From contig OZ024745.1 in NCBI GenBank assembly GCA_964016885.1, forward strand, positions 112,716,001 to 112,780,000: a DNA stretch of 64,000 nt, given 5' to 3'. The stretch is from Eledone cirrhosa (lineage: Eukaryota). Each line of letters begins with the position of its first letter. Position 1 is the first letter of the stretch. Of this stretch, positions 39,401 to 62,760 are shown in pieces. Position numbers and translations under genes: made by a program. The notes below the pieces were generated by a model, which was not told the origin of the DNA, made no database searches, and saw only the letters and a program-made list of their open reading frames with translations.

Positions 39401-42400
39401 CTGCCTGACTTATAAGACTATTTTTCGTAGTCAAACAACGTTGAAGTTTCTTTCAAATTCACAAACTTCCTACTGACTGCCTGTAATATAAGGCTTAATG
39501 TAATTGAAACATTTGTGTGCTGCTTTAGTGTAAATGGTTAGCGCAGCTTAACAGTAAATTGTTGGCAGTGGGACTTGAAATTTTTTCTATTTTCAGGGTT
39601 TATATGCCCAACTTAAGATTACTTTTCATATTTAAACAATATTGATGCTTCTTTCAAATTCACAAACTTTCTATTGCTCGACAATTCTCAACACAAATCT
39701 CTATAATTGTTCACTTATTGTTTGTAACATTCTTTCATATTCATAATGAAAAGAGAAACAATATTTTAGCTTATAACAATTAGAATCGTTGCCCAATATT
39801 TAATTTCAAATAGCTGCAAAACTTTGCAATTCTGTTTATAAAATCAAAGTTTTTAGTTTTAAAGTTGACAATGGATATCTTTGACTGCTTTGGAAACAAC
39901 ATCATCATCATCATCATCATCATCATTTGATGTCTATTTTCCCACACATGCATGGGTTAGATGGGTTGTCACATTATGAGACAAGTTAGGTCAGGTGACT
40001 ATGTCTTGCTCAAATGGATCTGTATTCTTGCTTGGTCTCTATGGGCAGATGCCCTTCCTAATGCCAACCACATTACAGTGTGAACTGGGTGCTTTTTCTT
40101 CATGTCACTAGCACTACCACCTTACAAGGTAGACAGGATGCTTTGTTTTTCTTATGTCACCAACACAACCACTTTACAGGGTGGACTGGGTTCTCTTTTT
40201 CTCATGTCACCAACACCATACCTGAAATTACAAGTATGACTTCAGTGACTTTCCAGATACTTAATAGCTTTTACATTTCTTGAACAAGACTACTTGTTTA
40301 GTGAGTGTTTAGCTCTGTCTGTTATCTACTGAAGAAGCAACTTGAAACACATGATTATTTTAATGGGAATTTAAGCATCCAAACAGAGATTTTGAATATT
40401 TCTTTCAGCATCTATTGACAAGGTTCAATATAATTGAATGTTACTCCTTCATTAAGTTTAAAATCTCTACTTTACCTATTTGTCTTAACTTTATTTTTTG
40501 TTTGTTATTTTTTGCTTTTCTTTTAAATAAGATTTCATTATCATGTTTTACAGGCATTCCAAAAGAAACAGCAGAAAAAATGTTGACATATACAGGTTTT
40601 CTTGAAACGGTAAAAGAAGGTGATGGGTTTAAAATGACAACAGGTTACAAAGAAGATGCTTCATTAACTAGAATCTATAACTTCAAGTTGAATGAAACTT
40701 TTAGTGGAGAGGACAACTTTGGAGTAAAATTTACAGTCAGTTCATTTTTAATTTTGATTTTATTTTTAATGTTATTTTCTTTTCTTCTTATTCATTCATC
40801 TCATGTATTACACACCAACACACAATAATCACTCACATACACACACACACACATAATGCATACATATATGCTACTTTTCTTCCCACATGACTCATACACA
40901 AACACACATTCATAACGTGACTCAACCCTAACACTGATCTGGATTTGCATATATATATGCATATATTTGTATTTGATTTGATCTTTACATATCATTATTG
41001 TAGATACAGTCAAATCATATTTGATATTAATATGCTATCAATTTCTAGAGCATTGGATTTACAATCATGAGGTTGTGAGTTCGATTCTCAGATCAGGCAA
41101 TGTGCTATGTCCTTCAGCAAAACACATTATTTCACATTGCTCCGAAATGAGTTGGAATGTCACTGGTGCCAAGCTGCATTAGCATTTGTCTTTCCGTTGG
41201 ACAACATCAGTGGTATGGAGAGGGGAGACTGTTATGCATGGGTAACTGGTATGCCTGCCACAAACAACCTTGCCCAGACTTGTGCCTCAAAGGGGAAATT
41301 TCTAAGTGCAAATCCCATGGTCATTTGTGACCAAAGGGCGTCTTAACCTTTATCTTGTATTTGTTTACAGAATGTCTTCTAACCTGAATCATTAATATTT
41401 TATTGTTACTTTCTAGTTGTTTTGTAAAGTTGAAGGTGACAAATGGTATGATAACTGTACTGATTACTATAATCATACAATTGAGAGTATCCGAGAAGTT
41501 GATGGAGATATAATGAAAGTTGTAAGTATTAACAGATTGAATATTTTTATACAAATAAATTTTTCCTTACATAACTCTACCCAACAACTAAATACCACAA
41601 TCCTAAGCTAGACTAAAACACATAATACAAAATACTATTAAATAAAATCAAAATTAAAACCTACCCACCACACTGGTATTAAGAGGATGAACTTCACCAG
41701 GCCACAGTTACCCCCAATAGCTGGTTTCTGTTGAAATGTTTCAATAGGTCCACACAGTATTAGAGGCACGGTACTATATATATTATTTTTTCCTTACACT
41801 GCCCTGCTGCTGTTACTTATAGTACTGCATTTGTGTATTAACCCTTTAGCATTTACATTACTCTCTATATATACTATTGTATTTTTGTGTTAAAGGCTTT
41901 ATCTTACATAATTATCTCACATAATGTCGAATCTATGAGATTATTTTGAGAACAATACCTTAATGTCAGTATGAGCGGCCAGTTATGGCCAGTTTAAACA
42001 GAAAGAGGTGAGATAATTCTGGCCTAATATGGCCAGTTTAAATGCTAAAGGGTTAAGTATATGGAAGTTGGTGATGATGTATTATTTACATCCTCTTTTA
42101 TAATCTACTACAAAGCAGTCAAATATTGCTCATTATCTTCCTGGCTGGAACATATGAACCACTGAGTGAGGTGTATAATGATGGAGTGAGCCAAGAAATT
42201 TTAGTTAATTAAAAATAGCAACATGTTATAGTATAACATGTTTTAGTATAACATGTTGCTATTTTTAAGTAAGCTACCACCATGTGTGTCTCTATAAGAT
42301 GGTTTAAAGCCATCTAACTTTAAGGCCATCGGTTATCTTGGGACCTTATACCACATTCTTAGGAATGTTTTTTCCTTATGCCTGTTGAAGAAACCAATTT

Positions 42401-42759
42401 GAAATTTGAAGATGGTATCATTAAATATGTGATAAGAAACTTACATGCAATCTAGTTTGAATTTTTAGTGGAAACTATTTTGATCCAGTATGAACTTGCA
42501 TGTTAAAATAGTAATCTAGTTTCAATGTTTAGTGGAAACTATTTTGATCCAGATTTGGGAGTTTAATGAAATGTTCTGGAGCCTAAAATCTCTTGCCCTT
42601 TAAATTTCTGGTCTTGTTTCTATGTAAAAAAAAAAAATGTATGTGGAGATATGTAACAGAAAATGAATAATGATTTACTATTTTATCTTAATTTTCTATT
42701 ATTTTTAGAAATCAACTTGTAACGGAAAAATCTTGGATTCAAAATTTAAAAGAGAGTGA
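35745..42759 (+). CDS. Fatty acid-binding protein / iLBP-like gene A, 137 aa; join(35745..35820,40554..40735,41417..41521,42709..42759)
   Basis: MDKFLGKW (FxGxW motif), FKLNETF, IREVDGDIM, FKRE C-terminus. Canonical 4-exon iLBP structure with intron phases 1,0,0; AATAAA at 43041. Confidence 0.9.
38420..39160 (+). mobile_element. RTE-like LINE RT fragment
   Basis: NQIFTLQQIFEKSWEY...FVDLGKAY; GMKISVVKTE. Confidence 0.8.
39345..39467. repeat. Imperfect inverted repeat of about 45 bp, with a further copy of the arm near 39635
   Basis: tttgtgaatttgaaagaa...gactatgaaaaa / tttttcgtagtc...ttctttcaaattcacaaa. Confidence 0.7.
40554..40735 (+). CDS. FABP-like A exon 2
   Basis: cag|, IPKETAEK...FKLNETFSGEDNFGVKFT, |gtcagt. 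Confidence 0.88.
41417..41521 (+). CDS. FABP-like A exon 3
   Basis: tag|, LFCKVEGDKW...IREVDGDIMKV, |gtaagt. Confidence 0.9.
41842..42052. mobile_element. piggyBac-type MITE
   Basis: TTAA|CCCTTTAGCATTTA...TAAATGCTAAAGGG|TTAA, i.e. TIRs with a TTAA TSD. Confidence 0.85.
42709..42759 (+). CDS. FABP-like A exon 4
   Basis: tag|, KSTCNGKILDSKFKRE*. Confidence 0.85.
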   Translation, partial: KSTCNGKILDSKFKRE

Positions 42760-43479
42760 AATTAATAGAAAAGTGAAATTTGAAAATCCAGGTGTTAGGA
42801 TCAACATAGTTGTAATATTGCTTTCTAATTTTATGACCAGAGGAGATATTTTTTATTAGTGAGGTGGAGATGATCAAATTTATTCAAGTAAATAATTTCA
42901 ACAATCTAGATGGATAAAAAACAAAACCAACTCAGACAAAATTTAAATTTAAAAGAAAATGTGATGTAACTAATTCTAACAATAACTTTAACAATACTAC
43001 AAAAATAATACTAATTGTAATATTGGTCTCAAGATTTTTAAATAAAAGAAAAATTAATTGTGAATTATATGACTATTATTATGTTGTTTTTTTTTTGTTT
43101 GCTGATCTCCAATTGTAATGGTTCTTTGTTGACTCTTGCCATTTCCCTTCATCAATGGGGAACTCTTTCAGTGTAGTTTTACGTTGGTATTTTAAGCGCA
43201 GCCTATGACGTCCTATGCTTCTCTTATCTGCTAGTTCTCTATATAGCACTTGCTTGGTGATTCTGGATTCATATTACCATCTATTCTTCGGAGAACTTCA
43301 CTATCAGGGATTTTATCTTGCTGTTTGATGTTGAGAAACTTTCTCATACAGCTCAGGTGAAAGCTGTTCAGACTTATTTCTTGATCTGAGTACGTTGTTC
43401 AAGTCTCACTTCATAAAGAAGAGTTGGTACTTTGCCCTATGTGTTGGTTTTTATCACACAGAACCTTTATGAAAACAGA

Positions 43480-43995
43480 TTCTGACCATAGTGACGATTT
43501 TAATATCCCTAATGACGTCTGTTAGGGCTACATTCTGTTGCCTCCTTTTCTTCTGGTTAGCAGTTGACTTTGTAACGAAGAAGGAAAAGAATGCTGGCAC
43601 TGCAGGACAGCAGTGGAGGAAAATGAAAAGGCTTTGCGGTCTAGATTTTGCCAATGACATTGCACTGCTGCTATAAACAAGAACTTGGCTGCAAGAACTA
43701 TCAAACTAAAAATTTAAAAAGAAAGCAGAAAACAGCGGGCTCAGAATGAGCCATGAAAAGACTATGTTGACGCAAATAAATAACACAACTCATCCTTAAC
43801 TCACACTGCCTTCATCGGACAGAAAGGTGTGCAAGATGTGGACAATTTTTGTTATCTGAGTAGTGTGATCAGCAGAGATGGAAATGTCGAAAGTGATGTG
43901 AACAGTAGAATTGACACACCAGGGGCCATATTACAGCGCATGCATCAAATCTGGAGAACGTCAAGTATTAGCATTAGAATAAAAGTCAAACTCTA
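43480..43995 (+). mobile_element. RTE-like LINE RT fragment
   Basis: LDFANDIALL (decayed FADD); downstream DNFCYL and DVNSRI. Confidence 0.7.
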
Positions 43996-44078
43996 TAATT
44001 AAGTTGGATAAATAAGCAATCAAAACAATATCCACCATGTAGTTTCCAGTTGTTGTCTTCCTGTTTCTTATACAACAA

Positions 44079-44292
44079 CTACAACGGTACGCGATGCGGA
44101 CCACCCACAGCCCCGGCGTACAGAATGGAGAAGGCGTTTCCCCGGAGGACGGCAAAGGAGACGCGCTGGAAAAGCCACCCCAACTCGTGGGGCTCACACC
44201 TGTGGCTGGCCAGCTCAGCGCCTATGGTGGTGAGTAGGGAGGTAGCCCTGGGGCCGAGGACACCAGAAGTCTCCACTGCCAGGGGTACGACA
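44079..44292 (-). mobile_element. CRE-like RLE fragment
   Basis: VPLAVETSGVLG...LFQRVSFAVLRGNA. Confidence 0.72.
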
Positions 44293-44387
44293 GTGTTCAC
44301 ATATTTAATGCACAAGGTATTATTAAAAAGCTAATGAGAAATAACTATACAGTGAGAAAAAATCCGATGTTAGTAAATAACTAATAT

Positions 44388-45473
44388 TATTGGCAGTATC
44401 GGTAGAGTGTCGGATACAATGCTTTGCAGCTTAGAGTTACGGCCCTTTACGGTCTGAGTTCAAATCCCACCAAGGTTAACTTTGCCTTTCATCCTTACGG
44501 GGTCGATAAAATAAAGTACCAGTAACGTACGTGGTCGATTTATCGACTCCCCCCCCCAATTACTGGCCTTGTGCCTATACTAGAAATCATTATTTTCATT
44601 CGGCTATTATAAATAATTGTTTCTACTTTTGGCACAACGCCAGCAAATACCCAGTGTATTACTGGTACTTTATTTTATCGACCTCGTAAGGTTGAAAGGC
44701 AAAGTTAACCTTCTCTGCGTCAAAGCATGGCGTCCGACCCTCTACCGATACTGCCAATAAATAATTGTTTCTACTTTAGGCACAAGGCCAGCAATTACCC
44801 AGTGCATTACTGGTACTTTATTTTATCGACCTCGTAAGGATGAAAGGCAAAGTCAACCTCGGCGGGAATAAATAATATAGTTACAGCAACGACGCCAGCA
44901 TCAGCGCAGCTGTTTGCGAACAAATATCTTATGTATTGGGGACAAATAGCAGCAGCAGAAAGTTCAAATTAGTTATAATAACAACTATAATAGTTATATA
45001 AATAATTGCGATAACGTGAGTCAAACAGATTGTGTGATAATGTAGAAATTGAAAGTGGGTGAGCATAAAACCTTTCAATATCATTGAAACACTGATAGTT
45101 GTAATAACGAACTAACAAGATTCTACATAATATAATAAAATTGTTTCTACTTTTGACACAAGGCCAGCAATTACCCAGTGTATTACTGGTACTTTATTTT
45201 ATCGACCTCGTAAGGATGAAAGGCAAAGTTAACCTTTTCTGCGTCAAATCATGGCGTCCGACCCTCTACCGATACTGCCAATAAATAATTGTTTCTACTT
45301 TTGGCACAAGGCCAGCAATTACCCAGTGTATTACTAGTACTTTATTTTATCGACCCCATAAGGATGAAAGGCAAAGTTAACCTCGGCGGGATTTGAACTC
45401 AGAACGTAAAGGGACGTAATTATGCTAGAAAGCATGGCGTCCGACCCTCTACCGATACTGCCAATTCACCGCC
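44388..45473. mobile_element. Cluster of tRNA-derived SINE copies in both orientations
   Basis: One + copy followed by several - copies, some internally deleted. Confidence 0.8.
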
Positions 45474-45574
45474 CATCTACATAATATAATAAAATGCAAG
45501 TAAATCTATTCTTTATACTATAAATGAAACTTAAGGGTCAGTCAGCCTAGTGGTCTCGACCGACTGGATGGGGA

Positions 45575-45895
45575 AGGTATTGCCTCAGAGGATGGCGAAG
45601 GAGACGCGCTGGAACTCCGCTCCGATAGCAGTGAATAGGAATGAGGCCAAGAACGCAGGAAGTCTCTACAGTTACAGGTTCTGCCACAAACCTATCAGAG
45701 AGCGGCCGATACTTTGACAGTTAGCCCTCTTCGGCCTAGCGGGTAGCGAAGCCTGGGCTGGTAGCCGAACGCACTAGGTTGCCGCTAGAGAAGGTATCAT
45801 AACACGTGGCATCTCAGATGAGAGGCCTTCCTCCACGGAAGATTGTCATGTCACCTGGCCTTTTGCTGTCCCCTCGGTCCAGTCCCACTGATAAG
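45575..45895 (-). mobile_element. CRE-like RLE fragment, degenerate (similar relic at about 30050-30480)
   Basis: Reverse complement reads DRGDSKRPGDMTIF..GRPLI*DATCYDT...FQRVSFAI. Confidence 0.6.
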
Positions 45896-46014
45896 TTCAG
45901 CTAGATTCCCGCCGTTCTAATACTGGTGGCTTAGTTCGAATCCAGCTGTCTAGACGGCCGGAGCTCAGCCGTCGGGGTCCTGACTCTTTTCCTATATATA
46001 TATATATATATATA

Positions 46015-46101
46015 TTTCGTTTCTGAATTTGTTTAGCAAGATTCTTTATCTGAAATCGTGTGTTGAAACCGATATTGTTATACTTTGGGAGGGTCATGTT
46101 G

Positions 46102-46148
<47 letters not shown>

Positions 46149-46296
46149 AACTATCTGGTTGTGGAACCAACCAACCAACCAGAAATTTATAGGTTTGTAG
46201 ATTTGTAAATTTATAAATTTATAAATATATAATAAATTGAAGTGAAAGCAACTGGTGCGTGTGTTTCTTATTGGCAACATGACCCTCCCAAAGTAT

Positions 46297-46305
<9 letters not shown>
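46015..46305. mobile_element. Rearranged copy of the 52273 element family within (TA)n
   Basis: Shares ttggcaacatgaccctcccaaagtataacaatat and ggaaccaaccaacc blocks in both orientations. Confidence 0.6.
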
Positions 46306-46342
<37 letters not shown>

Positions 46343-46489
46343 TAATAAATTTGAAGACTAAAATCCAAAAAGGGCTCGATAAGGATAAATATATATCAAA
46401 TATATAAGAACCGTAGGGCAAATATTTATTAAAATAACAGATTAAAGCGATTCTTTGCTTAAACTTTAATCTGTTATTTTAATAAATAA

Positions 46490-46532
<43 letters not shown>

Positions 46533-46533
<1 letters not shown>

Positions 46534-47368
46534 GGAAAAAATGAAACGAAATTTCATTTCTCACTCTTAGTACGGCTGTTACTTAAATATAAGTATATAT
46601 ACGTACATACATATATGTATACAGACGTACAGTAGTATGTGTGTATATATACATACATGCACACATATATATGTATGTATGGATTTACCGAACATTTATT
46701 ATAATGCTCGGTGTGTTTGTAAACAAACATCCCGAATTAAGCCGTACAGTGTTTAGCAACCATCGTTGCTCTTTTGTTCAACACTGACAAAAGAACGCTG
46801 TACTAGTTTCAAGCTTATTAGTTATTGTCAGTAACGTATACCTTCCTGCCAGATGATTGAATGTCTGAAAGTATATACTTTCCTTATGCATATTAACGGC
46901 TGAGCAGCCTAATTTGCATATCGAGTGAGTTAATCGGCCGGGCGCACCGAAAACGATAAATGGAAAAAATGAAACCAAATTTCATTTCTCATTCTTAGTA
47001 CGACTGTTACTTAAATATAAGTATGAATACGTACATACATATATGTATACAGATGTACAGTAGTATGTATATATATATACATACATGCACACATATATAT
47101 ATATATATATATGTACGTATGGATTTACCGAACATTTATTATAATGCTCGGTGTGTTTGTAAACAAACATCCCGAATTAAGCCGTACAGTGTTTAGCAAC
47201 CATCGTTGCTCTTTTGTTCAACACTGACAAAGGAACGCTGTACTAGTTTCAAGCTTATTAGCTATCGTCAGTAACGTATACCTTCCTGCCAGATGATTGA
47301 ATGTCTGAAAGTATATACTTTCCTTATGCATATTAACGGCTGAGCAGCCTAATTTGCATACCGAGTGA
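46533..47368 (+). repeat. Direct tandem duplication, unit about 430 bp
   Basis: 46533-46928 and 46961-47368 are near-identical. Confidence 0.85.
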
Positions 47369-47382
47369 AACAGGTAAAAGAG

Positions 47383-47439
<57 letters not shown>

Positions 47440-47460
47440 AGTAGGTACTAGGTACCCACG

Positions 47461-47512
47461 GAAATATATATGGTGTCTATAATAGTCGTATTATAGACAC
47501 CATATATATTTC
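47461..47512. repeat. 24-bp perfect hairpin with a 4-nt loop
   Basis: gaaatatatatggtgtctataata GTCG tattatagacaccatatatatttc. Confidence 0.85.
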
Positions 47513-47544
47513 TATGGTACTAATTTGAGATACCATAACTGTAA

Positions 47545-47973
47545 ATATGAGCGGAACAAGTAAACATTAAACAATATTTTAAATAAATTAAAATACGATT
47601 TAAATATTTACCTCTTCTAGTGCCATGACCGACGGTTTCGCTTATCAAAAGATTGGAAATTCAGAGAATTTCCATGAAATATCAGCGAGTCTATAATTCC
47701 CGCTTTTTCTAACGGTCCAATAAGTGTGTGGGTCATTTTAACGGCTTGATTCATTCACTGGGCAGAGGGTGATATATCTACATCTATGCGAACTTATGTC
47801 TAGTAGATTTGGAAAAGTTATCTGAAGAGCTATATCTTTCCATTGGAAATTCTCTGAATTTCCAATCTTTTGATAAGCGAAACCGTCGGTCATGGCACTA
47901 GAAGAGATAAATATTTAAATCGTATTTTAATTTATTTAAAAGATTGTTTAATGTTTACTTGCTCCGCTCATAT
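47545..47973. mobile_element. Fold-back Penelope-like element relic
   Basis: About 130-bp inverted arms, 47545-47674 and 47844-47973; hammerhead overlaps the right arm; ends in (TA)n. Confidence 0.6.
47817..47896 (+). ncRNA. Type I hammerhead ribozyme motif with extended stem II
   Basis: Stem I gttat/atggc (two G-U pairs); CTGAAGA 47822-28; stem II GCT(a)TATC/GATAAGC with an internal hairpin; GAAA 47879-82; stem III ACCG-t-CGGT; GUC triplet. Confidence 0.65.
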
Positions 47974-48596
47974 ATATATATAAGTAGAAGTGGTATTTAA
48001 TTTGTTGGAAGTCCGACAAACGTAAATGTTTATAATTGATTTAGAGCACTCAACAACTAAATATTCAATGATATTAAATAAATGGTCAATGATATTAAAT
48101 AAATGGAATCTATATTTATAAAGCCATATTTATTTTATTATATATATTTCAAGGATGAAAGGCAAAGTAAAGCTCAAATCCCGTCGAGGTTTACTTTGCC
48201 TTTCATCCTTACCGGGTCGATAAAATAAAGTACCAGTAATGAACTGGGTAATTGCTGGCCTTGTGCCCAAAGTAGAAACAATTATATATATTTAAAGGGT
48301 AACCAAGACAACATTGGTACGCTTTCATCAGATAAAATACAAAGTTTGTTTTATAAATAGAGACATACCCATGAAAATCATACCTTATCGGTTGGAAATT
48401 CACTGGATAGTGGAAATATATTAGGGATTATTCAAACTTATATATACTTTTGATGCTTTTCTAGTTTAATTTCTATATTTCTTTCTTTATTTTATTGTTT
48501 AATCTAAATATAATTTCTCTTCAGTTAGTAAAAACAACTTTTATCGGGCAGCATTCCAAGAACTCGCCAACCCGTATAGCCGCTATTCTCTTCTTT

Positions 48597-48603
48597 TATA
48601 AAT
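48597..48603 (+). promoter_or_regulatory. Candidate TATA box of FABP-like gene B
   Basis: TATAAAT about 95 nt upstream of ATG 48692. Confidence 0.4.
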
Positions 48604-48691
48604 TCTATATACGTAACAAGTATTATGCCATTGAAGAAGCCAAATTTTCCAACGACCGGATCAGTGTAGTTTCTCTTAACATCAACTTAAC

Positions 48692-59371
<10,680 letters not shown>

Positions 59372-59812
59372 TAATCATACAGATATGGAAAACATAAAAC
59401 AACTATAATGTATGTGTTCCGGTATATGTAAAATAATATTTAATTCTGATAATCATAATCAACTTTTACTTAGAAACAAAAAATATAAAATTAAATAAAA
59501 ACAATATTTCTCGACACGTGTTCGATGTAAATATATAATTTACGGTAAATATTTTTCATTTCAATGAATAAATAAATGTCTGTGGATAATCTTCATGTTT
59601 TCTACTTAAGACTATAATTTTTGATAAAGGAACAAGCCCACAAATATTATGGGAAAGTATAGTTTATTTTCATGTAGGAGTAAGGTGTGCAATAGAGAAT
59701 GGTTTGAGTCAGCAAGTGGTGCCGTCTACAGTCAGTGTTATAGGTAGACAATTCTAACGCTAGTGAATGGCCGTCTAAAAACATCTGACTGATAAAATGA
59801 CAAGTCAGTCAA

Positions 59813-60090
59813 TCATATTGGTGGCCTCACCACAGCCCCGGCAGACAGAATAGAGAAGGCTTTTCCTCGGAGGACGGCAAGGGAGACGCGCTGGAAAAGC
59901 CATTCCAGCTCGCGGGGCTCAGACCTGCGGCTGGCAAGCTCAGCGCCTATTGTGGTGAATAGGGAGGTAGCCCTAGGGCCGAGGACACCAGAAGTCTCCA
60001 CTGTCAAGGGTACAACCGCAAACCTGTCGGAGAGCGAGCGGTATTTGAAGAGTTTGGCCTCCTCAGCCTGACGTGCAGCAGAACCTAGGC
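59813..60090 (-). mobile_element. CRE-like non-LTR retrotransposon C-terminal (restriction-like endonuclease) fragment
   Basis: KYR...VPLTVETSGVLG...LFQRVSLAVLRG. Confidence 0.72.
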
Positions 60091-61342
60091 TTCTATCAAC
60101 TAGTGGTACCATGTAACGCAGAACAACCTGCTTCATAGTTAAGTGGTCGACGACTAAATCGGCTCCCTACCAAACCCTGGTCTGGTGAGGAGGGTAAATG
60201 GGGTCCCAACAGCACAAAAAATCAAGAGCTGTTTAAGGGCAGGATGAACTCCTCAGAATGTAAAGGGCCATTGAGTATTTGTCAGACACTCTACCGATAC
60301 TGCCAACCCATCGCTCTCTACTCTGACTAAATAGTGAAAACAAATATTTTTTATTCACCCCAAAACAAGAATGTGTGTGTACACTCGTCTGTGTGTATGA
60401 GATATGTATTTATGTATGTGTACATGTGTCTGCAACAGTTAGTGCCAACAGCCACGTGTAGTTATAACCGACATACGAACATTCCAAACACGCTTGATCT
60501 CTCTCTCTCTCTCGTCACGAAATACAGCTTTTAGCGAAGTATCACCGTCTCAATATATAGGAACATCCAACCATTGTAATCAAGGTGATTCACACCACAT
60601 CCGCATACATCTCAATACTCTCACTAGAAACCCATAGCACTTCAAGTCAGTTAATTGGTAGAAATCTGTTAATTTTCCGGCAGTAAATGTCACTTCGACT
60701 TCTGACCCATCGAAAATAGTCGCTTAGTTGACTAAAATCACTCCTTTCAGACCGTTCCTTCATATTTCTACTCAACTAAAGTATACAACATCTAAATTCC
60801 CCACAGAGAAAACATCTACATTTTCTCTCCGCTTTACACCCAACTCTATAATGCAAATACTCAACAATCCCTACTAAAAACCAACATTCTCCTTTCTACC
60901 AGTTTCACCTCAAAGTACACAAACAACATCGAGTATGAAAACACCTCCAGTTGCTTCAAACCCACAATGATGATATCTCTTCAAACATAGCCCTTTTCAC
61001 CCAACTCGTCAAGTTTGCTCTCCCTACAGACAACTATCTAACACTTAGAAAACATAAAATGAGCTGCAATGGTTTCTTATCTCTTAGATTGGAAACTTCT
61101 TGTTAGACCGCAATTATGCAGTGTGATGGGATTCTTTCTGACTTACATTATCAATTCTGGATTGGCAGTATCGGAAGAGAGTCGGACACCATGCTTTGCA
61201 GCATCGAGTTTCGGCCCTTTACGGTCTGAGTTCAAATCCCACCGAGGTTAACTTTGCCTCTCATCCTTACGGGGTCGATAAAATAAAGTTCCAGTAATGC
61301 ACTGGGGTAATTGCTGGCCTTGTGCCAAAAGTAGAAACAACG

Positions 61343-62760
61343 ATCAACTCCGGCGTGTTTCAAGATTCAATTATAGCTCTCCTCCTCCGACTCTCCATCT
61401 TCTGCGTCACTTCTAACGACGCTCACTACTATGCAGACGTCACTTCAAACGACGCTCACTACTATGCAGACGTCACTTCTAACGACGCTCACTACTATGC
61501 AGACGTCACTTCTAACGACGCTCACTACTATGCAGACGTCACTTCTAACGACGCTCACTACTATGCAGACGTCACTTCTAACGACGCTCACTACTATGCA
61601 GATGTCACTTCTAACGACACTCACTACTATGTAGACGTCACTTCTAACGACGCTCACTACTATGCAGACGTCACTTCTAACGACGCTCACTACTATGTAG
61701 ACGTCACTTCTAACGACGCTCACTACTATGTAGACGTCACTTCTAACGACGCTCACTACTATGCAGACGTCACTTCTAACGACGCTCACTACTATGTAGA
61801 TGTCACTTCTAACGACGCTCACTACTATGTAGACGTCACTTCTAACGACGCTCACTACTATGTAGACGTCACTTCTAACGACGCTCACTACTATGTAGAC
61901 GTCACTTCTAACGACGCTCACTACTATGTAGATGTCACTTCTAACGACGCTCACTACTATGTAGATGTCACTTCTAACGACGCTCACTACTATGTAGACG
62001 TCACTTCTAACGACGCTCACTACTATGCAGACGTCACTTCTAACGACGCTCACTACTATGTAGATGTCACTTCTAACGACGCTCACTACTATGTAGACGT
62101 CACTTCTAACGACGCTCACTACTATGTAGACGTCACTTCTAACGACGCTCACTACTATGTAGACGTCACTTCTAACGACGCTCACTACTATGTAGATGTC
62201 ACTTCTAACGACGCTCACTACTATGTAGATGTCACTTCTAACGACGCTCACTACTATGTAGACGTCACTTCTAACGACGCTCACTACTATGTAGACGTCA
62301 CTTCTAACGACACTCACTACTATGTAGATGTCACTTCTAACAACACTCACTACTATGCAGACGTCACTTCTAACAACGCTCACTACTATGCAGACGTCAC
62401 TTCTAACGACACTCACTACTATGTAGACGTCACTTCTAACGACACTCACTACTATGCAGACGTCACTTCTAACGACGCTCACTACTATGTAGATGTCACT
62501 TCTAACGACACTCACTACTATGCAGACGTCACTTCTAACGACGCTCACTACTATGCAGACGTCACTTCTAACGACGCTCACTACTATGCAGACGATGCCA
62601 TTCTTCCCTCCTCCCTAACATTCTCATACAGTTGTTATCCACTGACAATCGAGATAAACTTTCATAAAAACCTGTACTGTCTCCTCTAAATGTGATCTAA
62701 ACAGTCTCTAATGGGGAAATGGCAGTCTATTTTCTTTCAACAACACAGATACAATCACTG
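61343..62760 (+). mobile_element. Degenerate CR1/L2/Jockey-type LINE RT fragment hosting the minisatellite
   Basis: INSGVFQDSI (cf. SGVPQGS)...HYYADDAIL...DLN..WG..FN. Confidence 0.7.
61406..62593 (+). repeat. 33-bp minisatellite, 36 copies
   Basis: Unit GTCACTTCTAACGACGCTCACTACTATG(C/T)AGA(C/T); 1188 bp. Confidence 0.95.

Noticed and set aside
40329-40360. ctgaagaagcaacttgaaac hammerhead-like string
   Set aside because: No NUH triplet or stem I pairing; likely chance.
42209-42268. 22-bp AT-rich palindrome (similar one at 31940-32058)
   Set aside because: Short, with no ribozyme core or TSD seen; likely a local repair duplication.
61406-62593. CRISPR-like array or genuine 455-aa repeat protein gene
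   Set aside because: There are no unique spacers, only contiguous tandem units. The ORF start lies inside a SINE at a non-ATG codon and the flanks are decayed LINE RT.
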